A DNA stretch of 64,000 nt from contig CAWEAC010000005.1 in the NCBI GenBank assembly GCA_963807175.1, positions 43,130 to 107,129 of the forward strand, read 5' to 3'. The notes beneath the pieces were generated by a model. It was given only the letters and a program-made list of their open reading frames with translations, was not told the origin of the DNA and made no database searches. Below, piece after piece: positions 48,145-58,076 of this stretch (position 1 is the first letter of the stretch; every line of letters starts with the position of its first letter). A program made the position numbers and the translations under genes. Origin of the DNA: an uncultured Alphaproteobacteria bacterium. Its GTDB lineage: Bacteria; Pseudomonadota; Alphaproteobacteria; Rhizobiales; Xanthobacteraceae.

Positions 48145-49998
48145 TCACTGTTGCAGTACGTAGGTTCCAGGCGCATCGCCAAGCGCGGCATGCACCGCGT
48201 TGCCCATTTTTGGCGGATCGACCGGTTCGCCCGATTGCGTGGCGAGCCACGCAACCCATTCCGGCCACCACGACCCCTGCTTTTGCGGCGCTTGCGCCAA
48301 GAAAGCGTCCGGATCGATGTAACGGTCGTCCGCCTTTCGGGTCATCACCTGGAAGCCGCGGTGATCGTGGCCGGGCTCGGACACGATGCCGGCATTGTGG
48401 CCGCCGCTCGCCAGCAGATAAGTCACGGCGGCGTCGGTCAGAAAATTAACCTTGTAGGTGGAACGCCACGGCGCGACGTGGTCGCGCACGGTGCCGACGG
48501 TGAAGATCGGCGCGCGAATATCCGTGAGCGCGACCGGCTTACCGGCGACCATGTAGCGCCCGGCGGCCAGATCGTTGTTCAAGAACAACCGGCGCAGATA
48601 TTCCGAATGCATGCGATAGGGCATACGGGTGGCGTCCGCGTTCCACGCCATGAGGTCGATCATGGGCGTGCGCTCGCCCATCAAATAGTCGCGCACCATG
48701 CGCGACCAGACCAGATCGCTCGAGCCCAGCATCTGGAAGGCGCCCGCCATCTGCTTGGCGTCGAGGAAACCTTGCTCCCACATCATGTCTTCGAGGAAGG
48801 CAACCTGGCTCTCGTTGATGAAGAGCATCAACTCGCCGGCGTCGGTGAAGTCGGTCTGCGCCGCCAGCAGCGTGAGCGATTTCAGGTGGTCGTCGCCGTC
48901 GCGGGCCATGGCCGCGGCGGCAATCGACAGCAGCGTGCCGCCCAGGCAATAGCCGACGGCATGGACTTTCCGCTCCGGCACGATCGCGCGCACCGCGTCG
49001 AGCGCTGCCATGACGCCGAGCGTGCGATAGTCGTCGAGGCCTAGATCGCGGTCCTCCGGGTCTGGGTTCTTCCACGAGATCATGAATACCGTGAAGCCCT
49101 GGTCGGTCAGGTATTTCACCAGCGAATTATGCGGCGACAGATCGAGGATATAATATTTCATGATCCATGCCGGAACGATGAGCACGGGCTCCGGGCAAAC
49201 TTTGCCGGTCGCCGGCGCATATTGGATCAGCTCGATCAATCGATTGCGATAAACGACTCTGCCGGGGGTCGCCGCCACGTCGCGGCCGACGACGAAATTC
49301 TCGGTGTCGACCGGCTTCTTGCCGCTGACCGTGCGCTCCCAATCTTCCGCCATATTGCGCAGGCCGCTCACCAGGTTCATGCCGGCTTTGCTGACGGTTT
49401 GCCGCAGGACCTCGGGATTGGTCGCCAGAAAATTCGAGGGCGAGACCATGTCGAGGATCTGGCGTGACACGAACTCCACCATCGCTTCATGGTGTTTGGA
49501 GACGCCGCGCAGCCCGGTGGTCGCGTTGTGCCACCATTGCTGCTGCAGCAGAAAAGCCTGATACATGAAATTGTACGGCGGCTTCTGCCAGTCTTCGCCG
49601 GCGAAACGCCGATCCTGCGGCAACGGCTCGATGCAGCACGGTGTCTTGCCGCCCTCCAGTGCGGAGCGGAACGCATAATTGCCGAAGCGCGTCGCCTTAC
49701 GCGCCGCCTTGTCGACGAGTTGCAATCGCTTGCCGGGCGAAACGGCAAGATGGGTCATCCAATCGAAATAGGCCTTGGCGAGCGCCGCTGGCGACAGGCC
49801 AAACGTGAACCGCGCGATCATGGCATGCAACGAGCGATCGACGATGTCGGAAACGGCGGTCACCGCATAGGAATCGCGCCCGTCGACATCCTCGCTCGGA
49901 GCGATGCCACCCGTCTTCGCAACGAGACGCAATGCGGCTTTGTCGGCGGCCGGTTGACTGTCCGGCGCATCGGCCGGTGGGGGAAATGCAATCGTCAT
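48145..49998 (-). CDS. phaC: Polyhydroxyalkanoate synthase
   Basis: SPSNFLATNP, TPGRVVYRN, PAWIMKYYILDL, lipase box GYCLGG, AWNAD, DHVAPW, GGHNAG and DAPGTYV motifs. Confidence 0.93.
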   Translation of the reverse strand: MTIAFPPPADAPDSQPAADKAALRLVAKTGGIAPSEDVDGRDSYAVTAVSDIVDRSLHAMIARFTFGLSPAALAKAYFDWMTHLAVSPGKRLQLVDKAARKATRFGNYAFRSALEGGKTPCCIEPLPQDRRFAGEDWQKPPYNFMYQAFLLQQQWWHNATTGLRGVSKHHEAMVEFVSRQILDMVSPSNFLATNPEVLRQTVSKAGMNLVSGLRNMAEDWERTVSGKKPVDTENFVVGRDVAATPGRVVYRNRLIELIQYAPATGKVCPEPVLIVPAWIMKYYILDLSPHNSLVKYLTDQGFTVFMISWKNPDPEDRDLGLDDYRTLGVMAALDAVRAIVPERKVHAVGYCLGGTLLSIAAAAMARDGDDHLKSLTLLAAQTDFTDAGELMLFINESQVAFLEDMMWEQGFLDAKQMAGAFQMLGSSDLVWSRMVRDYLMGERTPMIDLMAWNADATRMPYRMHSEYLRRLFLNNDLAAGRYMVAGKPVALTDIRAPIFTVGTVRDHVAPWRSTYKVNFLTDAAVTYLLASGGHNAGIVSEPGHDHRGFQVMTRKADDRYIDPDAFLAQAPQKQGSWWPEWVAWLATQSGEPVDPPKMGNAVHAALGDAPGTYVLQQ

Positions 49999-50147
49999 AG
50001 CGCACCTCTGGTCCGCGCTTTCCGCTCTTTGGAAACGACATAGAACCCTGAAATATTGGCGGAAATCTAACGGATTTTTTGCGACGCACCATGATCTGGA
50101 TCAATCGGTAATATCGTCACGATTAATCAGGAGCGACGGCCGCCGGA

Positions 50148-50831
50148 CTACTCGCCCACCAACATGATGGCGTCGTTCAACTCCGGGATGCGCCGCCAAC
50201 TATTGGCGTCGACCTCCTCGAAGCGCCACGGATTGCCGCGCGCCGGCACCAGCATCAGCTCGTCGCGGTCGATCCGCCACAGCGTCAGGTTCAAGCGCGC
50301 GATTGCCGGATCGCAGCCCGGCTTCACGATCAGCGCCAGACCGTCCTGAGCAGCCGTCATAGCCAGGGTCAGATGGCAAAGCGGCACGCCACTGCCGTGC
50401 ACCACCGCCCAATCGCCGGCCACTTGCTCCGGCGGCTTCGATACCGGAGCGGCCGCGGCGGCATTCTGCAGGAACAGCACGCCAACGCCGGGTGTCGGCG
50501 CCTCGTAGATGCCGTCCTCGACTTCACTGAACTCGACCAGCGATTTGCCCTGGGCATCGAGCAGGCGCAGCAGATCGTTCTCGGGAAAATTCCAGGCGAC
50601 GACATCGTTCACCAGTGGGAACAGCGCGCCGCAGTTCTTGTCGAACTCCACTTTGAACCCGCCCGGCGCGGGATCGCTTTTGAGGACGACCGTGCAGATC
50701 TTGTCGCGATCGGCGTTGGAGAATTCCCAACTGCCGATCACGGCCTTGGCCGAATCGCCGAGCGTGGCCGGCGTCTGCGCCGACGCGGCGGAGACGGTAA
50801 CCAGCATCGCGAAAAGGACAGCACGTGTCAT
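50148..50831 (-). CDS. AprI/Inh protease-inhibitor-like protein (two domains)
   Basis: Signal peptide and duplicated G.W...C...L...C...W...L.L modules. Confidence 0.72.
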   Translation of the reverse strand: MTRAVLFAMLVTVSAASAQTPATLGDSAKAVIGSWEFSNADRDKICTVVLKSDPAPGGFKVEFDKNCGALFPLVNDVVAWNFPENDLLRLLDAQGKSLVEFSEVEDGIYEAPTPGVGVLFLQNAAAAAPVSKPPEQVAGDWAVVHGSGVPLCHLTLAMTAAQDGLALIVKPGCDPAIARLNLTLWRIDRDELMLVPARGNPWRFEEVDANSWRRIPELNDAIMLVGE

Positions 50832-50880
50832 GCCGGTTATCCTAGGCGACCATTCGTCAATTCGCCAACTTGGGAAGATT

Positions 50881-51858
50881 TTACCGTTTCGGCGGATATG
50901 GCGTTTCCGGAACCGGCGTGAGCGGCGGCTTGCCCGCCACCCAGGCCAGAATATTGTCGACCACCAGTTGGTCCATGGCCGCGCGCGTCACCTCGGTGGA
51001 GGAACCGAGATGCGGGAACAGCACGACATGATCCATCTCCAGCAGTTCCTTCGGGACCTGCGGCTCCTTGGCGAAGACGTCGAGGCCGGCGGAATAGATC
51101 GTGCGGTTTTTCAGCGCCGCGATCAGCGCTGGTTCGTCCACCACCGAGCCGCGCGCCAGGTTGATGAGGATGCCGTTCGGCCCCAGCGCCGCAAGTACCT
51201 CGGCGTTGATCATGTTCGCGGTCGCCGCTCCGCCCGGCACGATCACCATCAGCGTGTCGACGTCGCGCGCCATGTCGACGAGCTTCGGGTAATATTTGTA
51301 AGCGACGCCGGGCTGCGGATTGCGGCTGTGATAGACCACCGGCACGCCGAAGGCCTCCAGCCGGCGCGCGATCGCCTTGCCGATGCGGCCCATGCCGACC
51401 ATGCCGACGGTGCGGTTGCGCAGCGTCGCCTTGGTGAGCGGATATTGCCCTTGCGGCCATTTTTCGGCGCGCACAAAACGCTCGGCCTGAGGAAATTCGC
51501 GCACCGTGCAGAGCAGGAGGCCGAGCGCGGTGTCGGCGACCTCTTCGTTGAGCACTTCCGGCGTGTTGGTGACGACGATGCCGTGCGCGCCCGCCCATTT
51601 GGCGTCGATGTGATCGTAGCCGACGCCGAAGCTCGAAATCTGTTCGAGCTTGGGAAAACGCTGCATGAAATCGGCGTCGATCTTGTTCGCCGTATAGGCG
51701 ACCGCGATGGCGCGGATCTTGTCGCCGACCGATTTTATGAACGCATCCCGGTCCTTGGCTTCAAGGAAGTGATGCAACGTGACCTTCGGATCGAGGCCGC
51801 CGACGAGAACCGGCTTCCTCTGTCCGACCAGCAATACATCCGGCTTTTCGCCAGCCAT
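50881..51858 (-). CDS. D-2-hydroxyacid dehydrogenase
   Basis: FGVGYDHID, NTPEVLNEEVAD, GMGRIG, INLARGSVVDE, LDVF and PHLGSST motifs. Confidence 0.92.
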   Translation of the reverse strand: MAGEKPDVLLVGQRKPVLVGGLDPKVTLHHFLEAKDRDAFIKSVGDKIRAIAVAYTANKIDADFMQRFPKLEQISSFGVGYDHIDAKWAGAHGIVVTNTPEVLNEEVADTALGLLLCTVREFPQAERFVRAEKWPQGQYPLTKATLRNRTVGMVGMGRIGKAIARRLEAFGVPVVYHSRNPQPGVAYKYYPKLVDMARDVDTLMVIVPGGAATANMINAEVLAALGPNGILINLARGSVVDEPALIAALKNRTIYSAGLDVFAKEPQVPKELLEMDHVVLFPHLGSSTEVTRAAMDQLVVDNILAWVAGKPPLTPVPETPYPPKR

Positions 51859-51870
51859 AGACGCTTCTCC

Positions 51871-53172
51871 TTACACCAAGGCGGTGACCGGCTTTTCGAC
51901 GAACGTCTTGAACGCGGCGAGCAGTTCGGCGCCGAGCGCGCCGTCCACCACGCGATGGTCGCAGGACAATGTCACGGTCATCTGGCTGATGAACTTCACG
52001 GTCCCGTCTTCGGCCTCGACCGGCGCGCGGCGCATCGCGCCCACCGCCAGGATGGTGGCATGCGGCGGGTTGATGATGGCGGAGAATTCGCGCACCCCGT
52101 ACATGCCCAGGTTCGAAATCGCGCTTGATCCCCCCTGGTATTCGTTTGGCTTGAGCCTGCGGGCGCGCGCGCGTTCGGCGAAATCGCGCATTTCCGCCGA
52201 GATCGCGGTGAGCGATTTTAATTCGGCATTGCGGATCACCGGCGTGATCAGGCCGCCGTCGATCGCCACCGCAATGCCGATGTCGGAATGCGTGAAGCGC
52301 AAAATGCAATCCTCGGCCCACACCGCATTGGCGGCAGGGATGCGCTGCAGCGCCGCCGCCCAGGCCTTGATGATGAAGTCGTTGAGCGACAGCTTGAATG
52401 CAGGCCGGCCGTCTTTATCTTGAGGCGCGGCGGCGTTCGCCTCCTCGCGCATGGCGATCAGCCGGCCGGCATCCATGTCGGCGGTCAGATAAAAATGCGG
52501 GATGGTCTGCTTGGCCTCGACCAGCCGCTTGGCGATGGTACGCCGCATGGAGTCGAGCGGCACTTCTTCGTAGGCGATGCCGTCGTAGAGCGCCTTTACC
52601 TGCGAAGCGCTGGCGCCGGTCGCCGTGGCGGGCGCGGCAGGCGCCGCCCGTTCGACGTCGTGGGCGACGATGCGGCCGTGCGGGCCGGAGCCGGTGACGC
52701 GCGAGAGATCGATGCCGCGTTCGCCGGCGAGCCGCCGCGCCAACGGCGTGGTGAATGTCCCACTCGCAAGCTTCGCCGGCCCAAAATTGCGCTCGGGCGT
52801 GCGCACTTCGCGGAACGGATCGAGCGGTGTCGTGCGCGGCGTCGGCGCGGCCTGCATCGCGGTCACCGGCGCGACGGCCGCGCGTGGCGCGGCAACCGGG
52901 GCCTTGGCCGTTGCGGCGGGAGCCGCGCTTGCGGTCTCGCCGGCGCCGCCGATGATCGCCACCACGGCACCGACCTTGGCCACCTCGCCGACCTGAAAGC
53001 GGATATCGGTCAGCGTGCCGGCGACGGTCGACGGCACTTCCATCGAGGTCTTGTCGGTCTCGATCTCGAACAGGTTCTCGCCCGGCTTCACGGCGTCGCC
53101 GGCCGACTTGAACCATTTCACGATCTTGCCCTCGGCGACGGTTTCGCCGAGCTGCGGCATCAAAACGTCCAC
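51871..53172 (-). CDS. 2-oxoacid dehydrogenase E2 (dihydrolipoamide acyltransferase)
   Basis: Lipoyl domain IETDKTSMEV, subunit-binding TPLARRLA...GSGPHGRI and catalytic DHRVVDG. GTG start. Confidence 0.9.
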   Translation of the reverse strand: MDVLMPQLGETVAEGKIVKWFKSAGDAVKPGENLFEIETDKTSMEVPSTVAGTLTDIRFQVGEVAKVGAVVAIIGGAGETASAAPAATAKAPVAAPRAAVAPVTAMQAAPTPRTTPLDPFREVRTPERNFGPAKLASGTFTTPLARRLAGERGIDLSRVTGSGPHGRIVAHDVERAAPAAPATATGASASQVKALYDGIAYEEVPLDSMRRTIAKRLVEAKQTIPHFYLTADMDAGRLIAMREEANAAAPQDKDGRPAFKLSLNDFIIKAWAAALQRIPAANAVWAEDCILRFTHSDIGIAVAIDGGLITPVIRNAELKSLTAISAEMRDFAERARARRLKPNEYQGGSSAISNLGMYGVREFSAIINPPHATILAVGAMRRAPVEAEDGTVKFISQMTVTLSCDHRVVDGALGAELLAAFKTFVEKPVTALV

Positions 53173-53200
53173 GCGATTCCCCTAAACTGCCCGAAGCCGC

Positions 53201-54652
53201 CTACCACGTCACCGACACATATTGCGTCTCGAGGAACTCCTTCATGCCTTCCGACGCGCCTTCGCGGCCGAGGCCGGACTGCTTGACGCCGCCGAACGGC
53301 GCCGCCGGATCGGACACCAGGCCGCGATTGAGGCCGATCATGCCGAAGTCGAGTTTCTCCGACACGCGCATGCCGCGGCTGAGGTCCTTGGTATAGAGAT
53401 AGGCGACCAGGCCGTATTCGGTGTCGTTGGCGCGTTTGATTGCCTCGTCCTCACCCTTGAACGTCTGGATCGAGGCCACGGGCCCGAATATTTCCTCGTT
53501 CAGCATCTTGGCCGAATCCGGCACGTTGGTGAGCACCGTGGCCGGATAGAAGAAGCCCGGACCGTCCGGCGTCTTGCCGCCGACCAGCACCTTGGCGCCC
53601 TTGGCGACCGCGTCGTCGACCAGCTCGATGACCTTGTCGCGGCCGTCTTTGTTGACCAGCGGCCCGAGATTGATGCCGTCGTCGAGGCCGTTGCCCATCT
53701 TGAGCGAACTCATCTTGGCGGTCAGCTTCTTGGCGAATTCGTCGTGCACCTTCTCGTGCACGTAGAAGCGGTTGGCCGCCGTGCAGGCCTCGCCCATGTT
53801 GCGCATCTTGGCGATCATCGCGCCTTCGATGGCGGCGTCGATATCGGCGTCCTCGAACACCAGGAACGGCGCGTTGCCGCCGAGCTCCATCGAGGGCTTG
53901 AGCACCTGGTCGGCGGCCTCGTGCAGCAGCTTGCGGCCGACTTCGGTCGAGCCGGTAAACGACAGGACGCGCACGCGCGGGTCGTGCAACATGGCGCTGA
54001 CCACCGGCCCGGAGCGGCGCGACGGCAGCACGTTGACGACACCGGCGGGCACGCCCGCCTCCTCCAAGACCGGCATCAGTGCCAGCATGGTGAGCGGCGT
54101 GTCGGAGGCAGGTTTCAGCACCACCGGGCAGCCGGCGGCAAGCGCCGGGCCGATCTTGCGGGTCGCCATGGCGGCCGGGAAATTCCACGGCGTCACCAGC
54201 ACGGCAACGCCGGCGGGCTTGTGTTGCGCGACGATGCGCGCGCCCGAGGCCGGCGCCATCGAGATATGACCGATATTGCGCACGGCCTCTTCGGCGTACC
54301 AGCGGAAGAATTCGGCGGCGTAGGCGACTTCGCCGCGCGAATCCGACAGCGCCTTGCCGTTCTCCAGCGTGATCAGCTTGGCGAAGCGTTCGGCATCGCG
54401 CATGATCAGTTCGTGGCATTTGCGCAGGATCTCCGCGCGCTCGCGCGGCTTGCGTTTGGCCCAGCCTTCGAAGGCGGCCTGCGCGGCGTCGACCGCGGCC
54501 TTGGCGTCGTCGACGGTGGCGCTGGCGACCGAGGCGATCTTGCGCTCGGTGGCCGGATCGATCACGTCGAAACGGGCGCCGTCGGACGACTTGCGCCATT
54601 TGCCGCCGATCCACAAATCGGTCGGGACGTCGGCGAGAAGATTTTCGTACAT
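53201..54652 (-). CDS. NAD-dependent succinate-semialdehyde dehydrogenase-like aldehyde dehydrogenase
   Basis: TPWNFP, FTGSTEVG, ELGGNAP, GEAC, EEIFGP and PFGGVKQSG motifs. The true start is MYENLL; the longer 824-aa track ORF is a shadow extension. Confidence 0.9.
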   Translation of the reverse strand: MYENLLADVPTDLWIGGKWRKSSDGARFDVIDPATERKIASVASATVDDAKAAVDAAQAAFEGWAKRKPRERAEILRKCHELIMRDAERFAKLITLENGKALSDSRGEVAYAAEFFRWYAEEAVRNIGHISMAPASGARIVAQHKPAGVAVLVTPWNFPAAMATRKIGPALAAGCPVVLKPASDTPLTMLALMPVLEEAGVPAGVVNVLPSRRSGPVVSAMLHDPRVRVLSFTGSTEVGRKLLHEAADQVLKPSMELGGNAPFLVFEDADIDAAIEGAMIAKMRNMGEACTAANRFYVHEKVHDEFAKKLTAKMSSLKMGNGLDDGINLGPLVNKDGRDKVIELVDDAVAKGAKVLVGGKTPDGPGFFYPATVLTNVPDSAKMLNEEIFGPVASIQTFKGEDEAIKRANDTEYGLVAYLYTKDLSRGMRVSEKLDFGMIGLNRGLVSDPAAPFGGVKQSGLGREGASEGMKEFLETQYVSVTW

Positions 54653-54669
54653 GACGTTGATCCTGGCTT

Positions 54670-55650
54670 TTAACCTGCGAGTGAACGCTTCACCGTATCC
54701 ACAATCCGGGCCGGCGTCGGCAGCACGGCGTCTTCCAGAATATCGGCGGCCGGCAGCGGAATATGTGGCGTGGTGATCCGCACCGGCGGCCCGTCGAGGT
54801 CGTAGAAGGCCTCGTCCGCCACGATCGACACGATCTCGGCGCCCCAGCCGCACAGCCGCGGATTTTCCTCGACGGTGAACAGCCGATGCGTCTTGGCCAC
54901 CGAACCGAGAATGGTCTGGGTGTCGAGCGGCACCAGCGAGCGCACATCGACAACTTCCGCGTCGATGCCGTGTTTCGCCTTGAGCTTCTCGGCCGCCTCC
55001 AGCGCGCGCGGCACCATCAGCGCCAGCGCGATGATGGTGGCGTCCTTGCCGGGGCGCACGATCTTGGCGGTGCCGAGCGTATCGACGATTTCGCCGTCCG
55101 GCACTTCGCCCTTGGTCGCGTAGAGCGATTTGTGCTCGAGGAAGATGACCGGATCTGGATCGCGCACGGCGGCGGCAAGGAGACCAATGACGTCGAGCGG
55201 CGTCGACGGCGCCACGACCTTGAGGCCCGGGATCATCATGCACCAGTTCTCGACGCTCTGGGAGTGCTGAGCGCCAAAGCGGGAACCTGCGCCGTTGCCG
55301 GTGCGCACCACCAGCGGGCATTTCGTCTGCCCGTTCGACATGTAGCGGCTCTTGGGGAATTCGTTGGCGATGTAGTCGAAGCACACCGCGAAGAAGTCCG
55401 AGAACATGATCTCGGCGATCGGCTTCAAGCCCGTCATTGCCGCCCCCATGGCGGCGCCGAGAATCGCCTGTTCCGAGATAGGCGTGTCGCGCACGCGCAG
55501 CGGACCGAACTGCTCGTAGAGACCGACGGTCGCCTTGAACACGCCGCCGGCCTTGGCGACGTCCTCGCCGAGGAACACCACGTCCGGATCGCGCGCCATC
55601 TCCTGCGCGATGCCGCGGATGACCGCGTCGCGATAGCTCAGTTCCGCCAT
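54670..55650 (-). CDS. 2-oxoacid/acetoin dehydrogenase E1 beta subunit
   Basis: FLGEDV, RDTPISE, GAQHSQS, FLEHK and DVRSLVPLD motifs. Confidence 0.92.
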   Translation of the reverse strand: MAELSYRDAVIRGIAQEMARDPDVVFLGEDVAKAGGVFKATVGLYEQFGPLRVRDTPISEQAILGAAMGAAMTGLKPIAEIMFSDFFAVCFDYIANEFPKSRYMSNGQTKCPLVVRTGNGAGSRFGAQHSQSVENWCMMIPGLKVVAPSTPLDVIGLLAAAVRDPDPVIFLEHKSLYATKGEVPDGEIVDTLGTAKIVRPGKDATIIALALMVPRALEAAEKLKAKHGIDAEVVDVRSLVPLDTQTILGSVAKTHRLFTVEENPRLCGWGAEIVSIVADEAFYDLDGPPVRITTPHIPLPAADILEDAVLPTPARIVDTVKRSLAG

Positions 55651-56666
55651 GCCCAGCCTCCATCGGCATAGACATCGGTGGTTATGATATCGAGCGGCGG
55701 GTTCGGCGCGGCCTTGCAGGCCTCGGTGGCATCATCGACCTCCTTAAGCACTTGGGCATCGATATCGGCGATTACTTTTTCGGCGACGCCGAACTGCTTC
55801 AGCCGCTCGCGGTAGATCTTGATCGGGTCGCGCAACTTCCATCTATCCAGCTCGCCTTCGGGGCGATATTTGGCCGGGTCGGCGCGCGAATGGCCGCTGT
55901 GACGGTAGGTCATGCACTCGATCAAGGAAGGCCCCTCGCCCGCACGCGCTTTCGCAAATGCTTTCTGGGCGGCGCGATAGACGACATCCGCGTCGTTGCC
56001 GTCGATAACGATGCGCTCGAGTCCGTAAGCCGAAGCGCGATCGGCGGCCGGATGCTCGACCGCGGTCACGTCGGCGATCGGGGTATATTCCATGTAGAGA
56101 TTGTTCTCGCACACGAAGACCACCGGCAGCTTCCACACCGCGGCGAAATTGAGCGCCTCGTGGAAGGCGCCGATATTGGTGGTGCCGTCGCCGAAGAAGC
56201 AGACCGAAACGTCCTTGTCGCCCTTGTACTGGGCCCGCCACGCGGCGCCGCAGGCAATCGGCAGATGCGCGCCGATGATGGCGTAGGAACCCATCACGCC
56301 GTGCTCTTCCGAAGTCAGATGCATCGAGCCGCCCTTGCCGCGCATCAGCCCGTTGTCGCGCTGCATCAGCTCGCCGAGCACCTTCTCGACGGGCACGCCG
56401 CGCGCCAGGGTATGGGCATGGCCTCGATAGGTGCAGAAGCTCAGGTCGCCTTTGACCATGGCTTCGGCAAAACCTGCCGCGATCGCCTCCTGCCCGAGCG
56501 AGAGATGGCTGGTGCCCTTGACCAGATTTTGCAGGAATAGGTCGTAGGCGCGCTGTTCCGCTTCGCGCAGGCGCACCTGCGAACGGTACAAAGCCAGGCG
56601 CTTTTGCTCGCCGATATCGTCGTTCAAGCCCGAGCCTGCCGGCGCCCGGTCCTTTACTGTCGCCAT
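55638..56666 (-). CDS. 2-oxoacid/acetoin dehydrogenase E1 alpha subunit
   Basis: HLSLGQEA, YRGH, GKGGSMH, GDG...ENN and YRHSGHS motifs. Confidence 0.92.
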   Translation of the reverse strand: MATVKDRAPAGSGLNDDIGEQKRLALYRSQVRLREAEQRAYDLFLQNLVKGTSHLSLGQEAIAAGFAEAMVKGDLSFCTYRGHAHTLARGVPVEKVLGELMQRDNGLMRGKGGSMHLTSEEHGVMGSYAIIGAHLPIACGAAWRAQYKGDKDVSVCFFGDGTTNIGAFHEALNFAAVWKLPVVFVCENNLYMEYTPIADVTAVEHPAADRASAYGLERIVIDGNDADVVYRAAQKAFAKARAGEGPSLIECMTYRHSGHSRADPAKYRPEGELDRWKLRDPIKIYRERLKQFGVAEKVIADIDAQVLKEVDDATEACKAAPNPPLDIITTDVYADGGWAWRN

Positions 56667-56787
56667 GTATGATCCTCGAAGGGGGTATTCTGCATGGAGC
56701 GGGCGGAACTTAGACCCGATGAACGCAGCCTCGCAACTCTCCTATTTCAATACTTGTCATTCCAGGCCCAGGCTGACGAATTCGGCA

Positions 56788-57708
56788 CTATTCCAGTGGG
56801 CCTTCGACCACCCCTTCGCTGGTGGTGGTCTTGCCCAACTTGCGTTCCCGGTAGAGCAGATAGAGACCGGAGCCTATGACGATGGCGGCGCCCGCCAGGG
56901 TCCAGCGATTGGGCACGTGGTCGAAAACCCAGTAGCCGAGGATCACGACCCAGATCAGCTGGGTGTAGACGAAGGGCGAGAGTACCGCGGCCGGCGCGAG
57001 GCGGTGGCCGGAAATCAAAAGAAAATGGCCGGCGCTGCCGAGCACGCCGGTGCCCAACATCATCATCGCGATCGGCCAGCTTTCCGGTGTGGTCCAGACG
57101 AAGGGGATCACCGGCAGCATCACCAGCGCGCCGATAAAATTGGCGTAGAACAGCGACGTCTGGTTGGAATCGACGCGCGACACGATGCGCGTGATCACCG
57201 CGTAAAAGCCGTAGCAGACGGTGCCGACGAGCGTGATCAGCGCCGCCGGGTGCATGCCGCCGAAACCGGGCCGTGTGATCAACAGCACGCCGCCGAAGCC
57301 GACACAGATTGCCGACCAGCGCCGCCAGCCGATCCATTCGCCCAGCATCGGGCCCGACACGATGGCGACGATGAAGGGAAAAGTGAAGATGATCGACAGG
57401 GCCTCGTCGAGTTGCAGCCAGCGCAATGCGATGAAGTTCAGCGCCGTCGAGGCAACCAGCAGAAGCGAGCGCGTGATCTGCAACTTCAGGCACTTGCTGC
57501 GCAACAAAGCCGGATGGGTCAGCGGGTTGGAGACGATCAGCGTCAGCACGAAGGCGCTGCTGTAGCGCGCCCAGGCGATTTGCAAGCTGCTCATATGCGG
57601 ATTGAGATATTTCGCCGCGGTATCGAGGCACGCGAACAACGCCACCGCCCCGCACATCAAGGCAATGCCGGTGAGCCGCTGGCGGCGTAGCTGCGCGAGG
57701 TCGGTCAT
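56788..57708 (-). CDS. DMT/EamA family transporter
   Basis: LGEWIGWRRW, LITRPG, LSPFVYTQL and FDHVP motifs, with about 10 hydrophobic segments. Confidence 0.85.
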   Translation of the reverse strand: MTDLAQLRRQRLTGIALMCGAVALFACLDTAAKYLNPHMSSLQIAWARYSSAFVLTLIVSNPLTHPALLRSKCLKLQITRSLLLVASTALNFIALRWLQLDEALSIIFTFPFIVAIVSGPMLGEWIGWRRWSAICVGFGGVLLITRPGFGGMHPAALITLVGTVCYGFYAVITRIVSRVDSNQTSLFYANFIGALVMLPVIPFVWTTPESWPIAMMMLGTGVLGSAGHFLLISGHRLAPAAVLSPFVYTQLIWVVILGYWVFDHVPNRWTLAGAAIVIGSGLYLLYRERKLGKTTTSEGVVEGPLE

Positions 57709-57828
57709 CTTCTACGCTGCCATCATGCCGTTGTCGAACCGACCTCACCTTGGTGAGGAGCGTAGCAGACTGGCAGCAATGTAAAACATTCGATTGAAAG
57801 CCGGCGCGTTTTGAATTAGGAATCGCAA

Positions 57829-57912
57829 CGTGGGGCCAACGACGGTCGTCCCGCTCCCTTGAAGGCTTGCGAGCCCAAGCGCCGTTTCCTTCGTTTACGG
57901 AGGGGACCTATG
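57829..57912 (+). promoter_or_regulatory. Structured leader, copy 1 (chrB-type RNA motif candidate), followed by a 5-codon ORF
   Basis: Near-identical to 58856-58941, including the GGAGGGG RBS and ATG. Here the ATG at 57910 gives only MATAG*. Confidence 0.65.
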
Positions 57913-58076
57913 GCGACGGCTGGCTAAATCACCCTCACGTCAATCTGCCATGCGATTTGTGTCGCCGTTTCGCGCGCCGATCGCCGATAGGCAACGTTCC
58001 GGGGTTTCCAAAGCCTCCCCGTCAGGTGCGACTTGCGTCCACCCAAGCGCTGATCGCTTTCGCTTGGGACCAAATC

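Noticed and set aside
53201-55675. 824-aa ALDH fusion protein
   Set aside because: The first 341 codons overlap E1beta in another frame and are low-complexity. The real ALDH starts at 54652.
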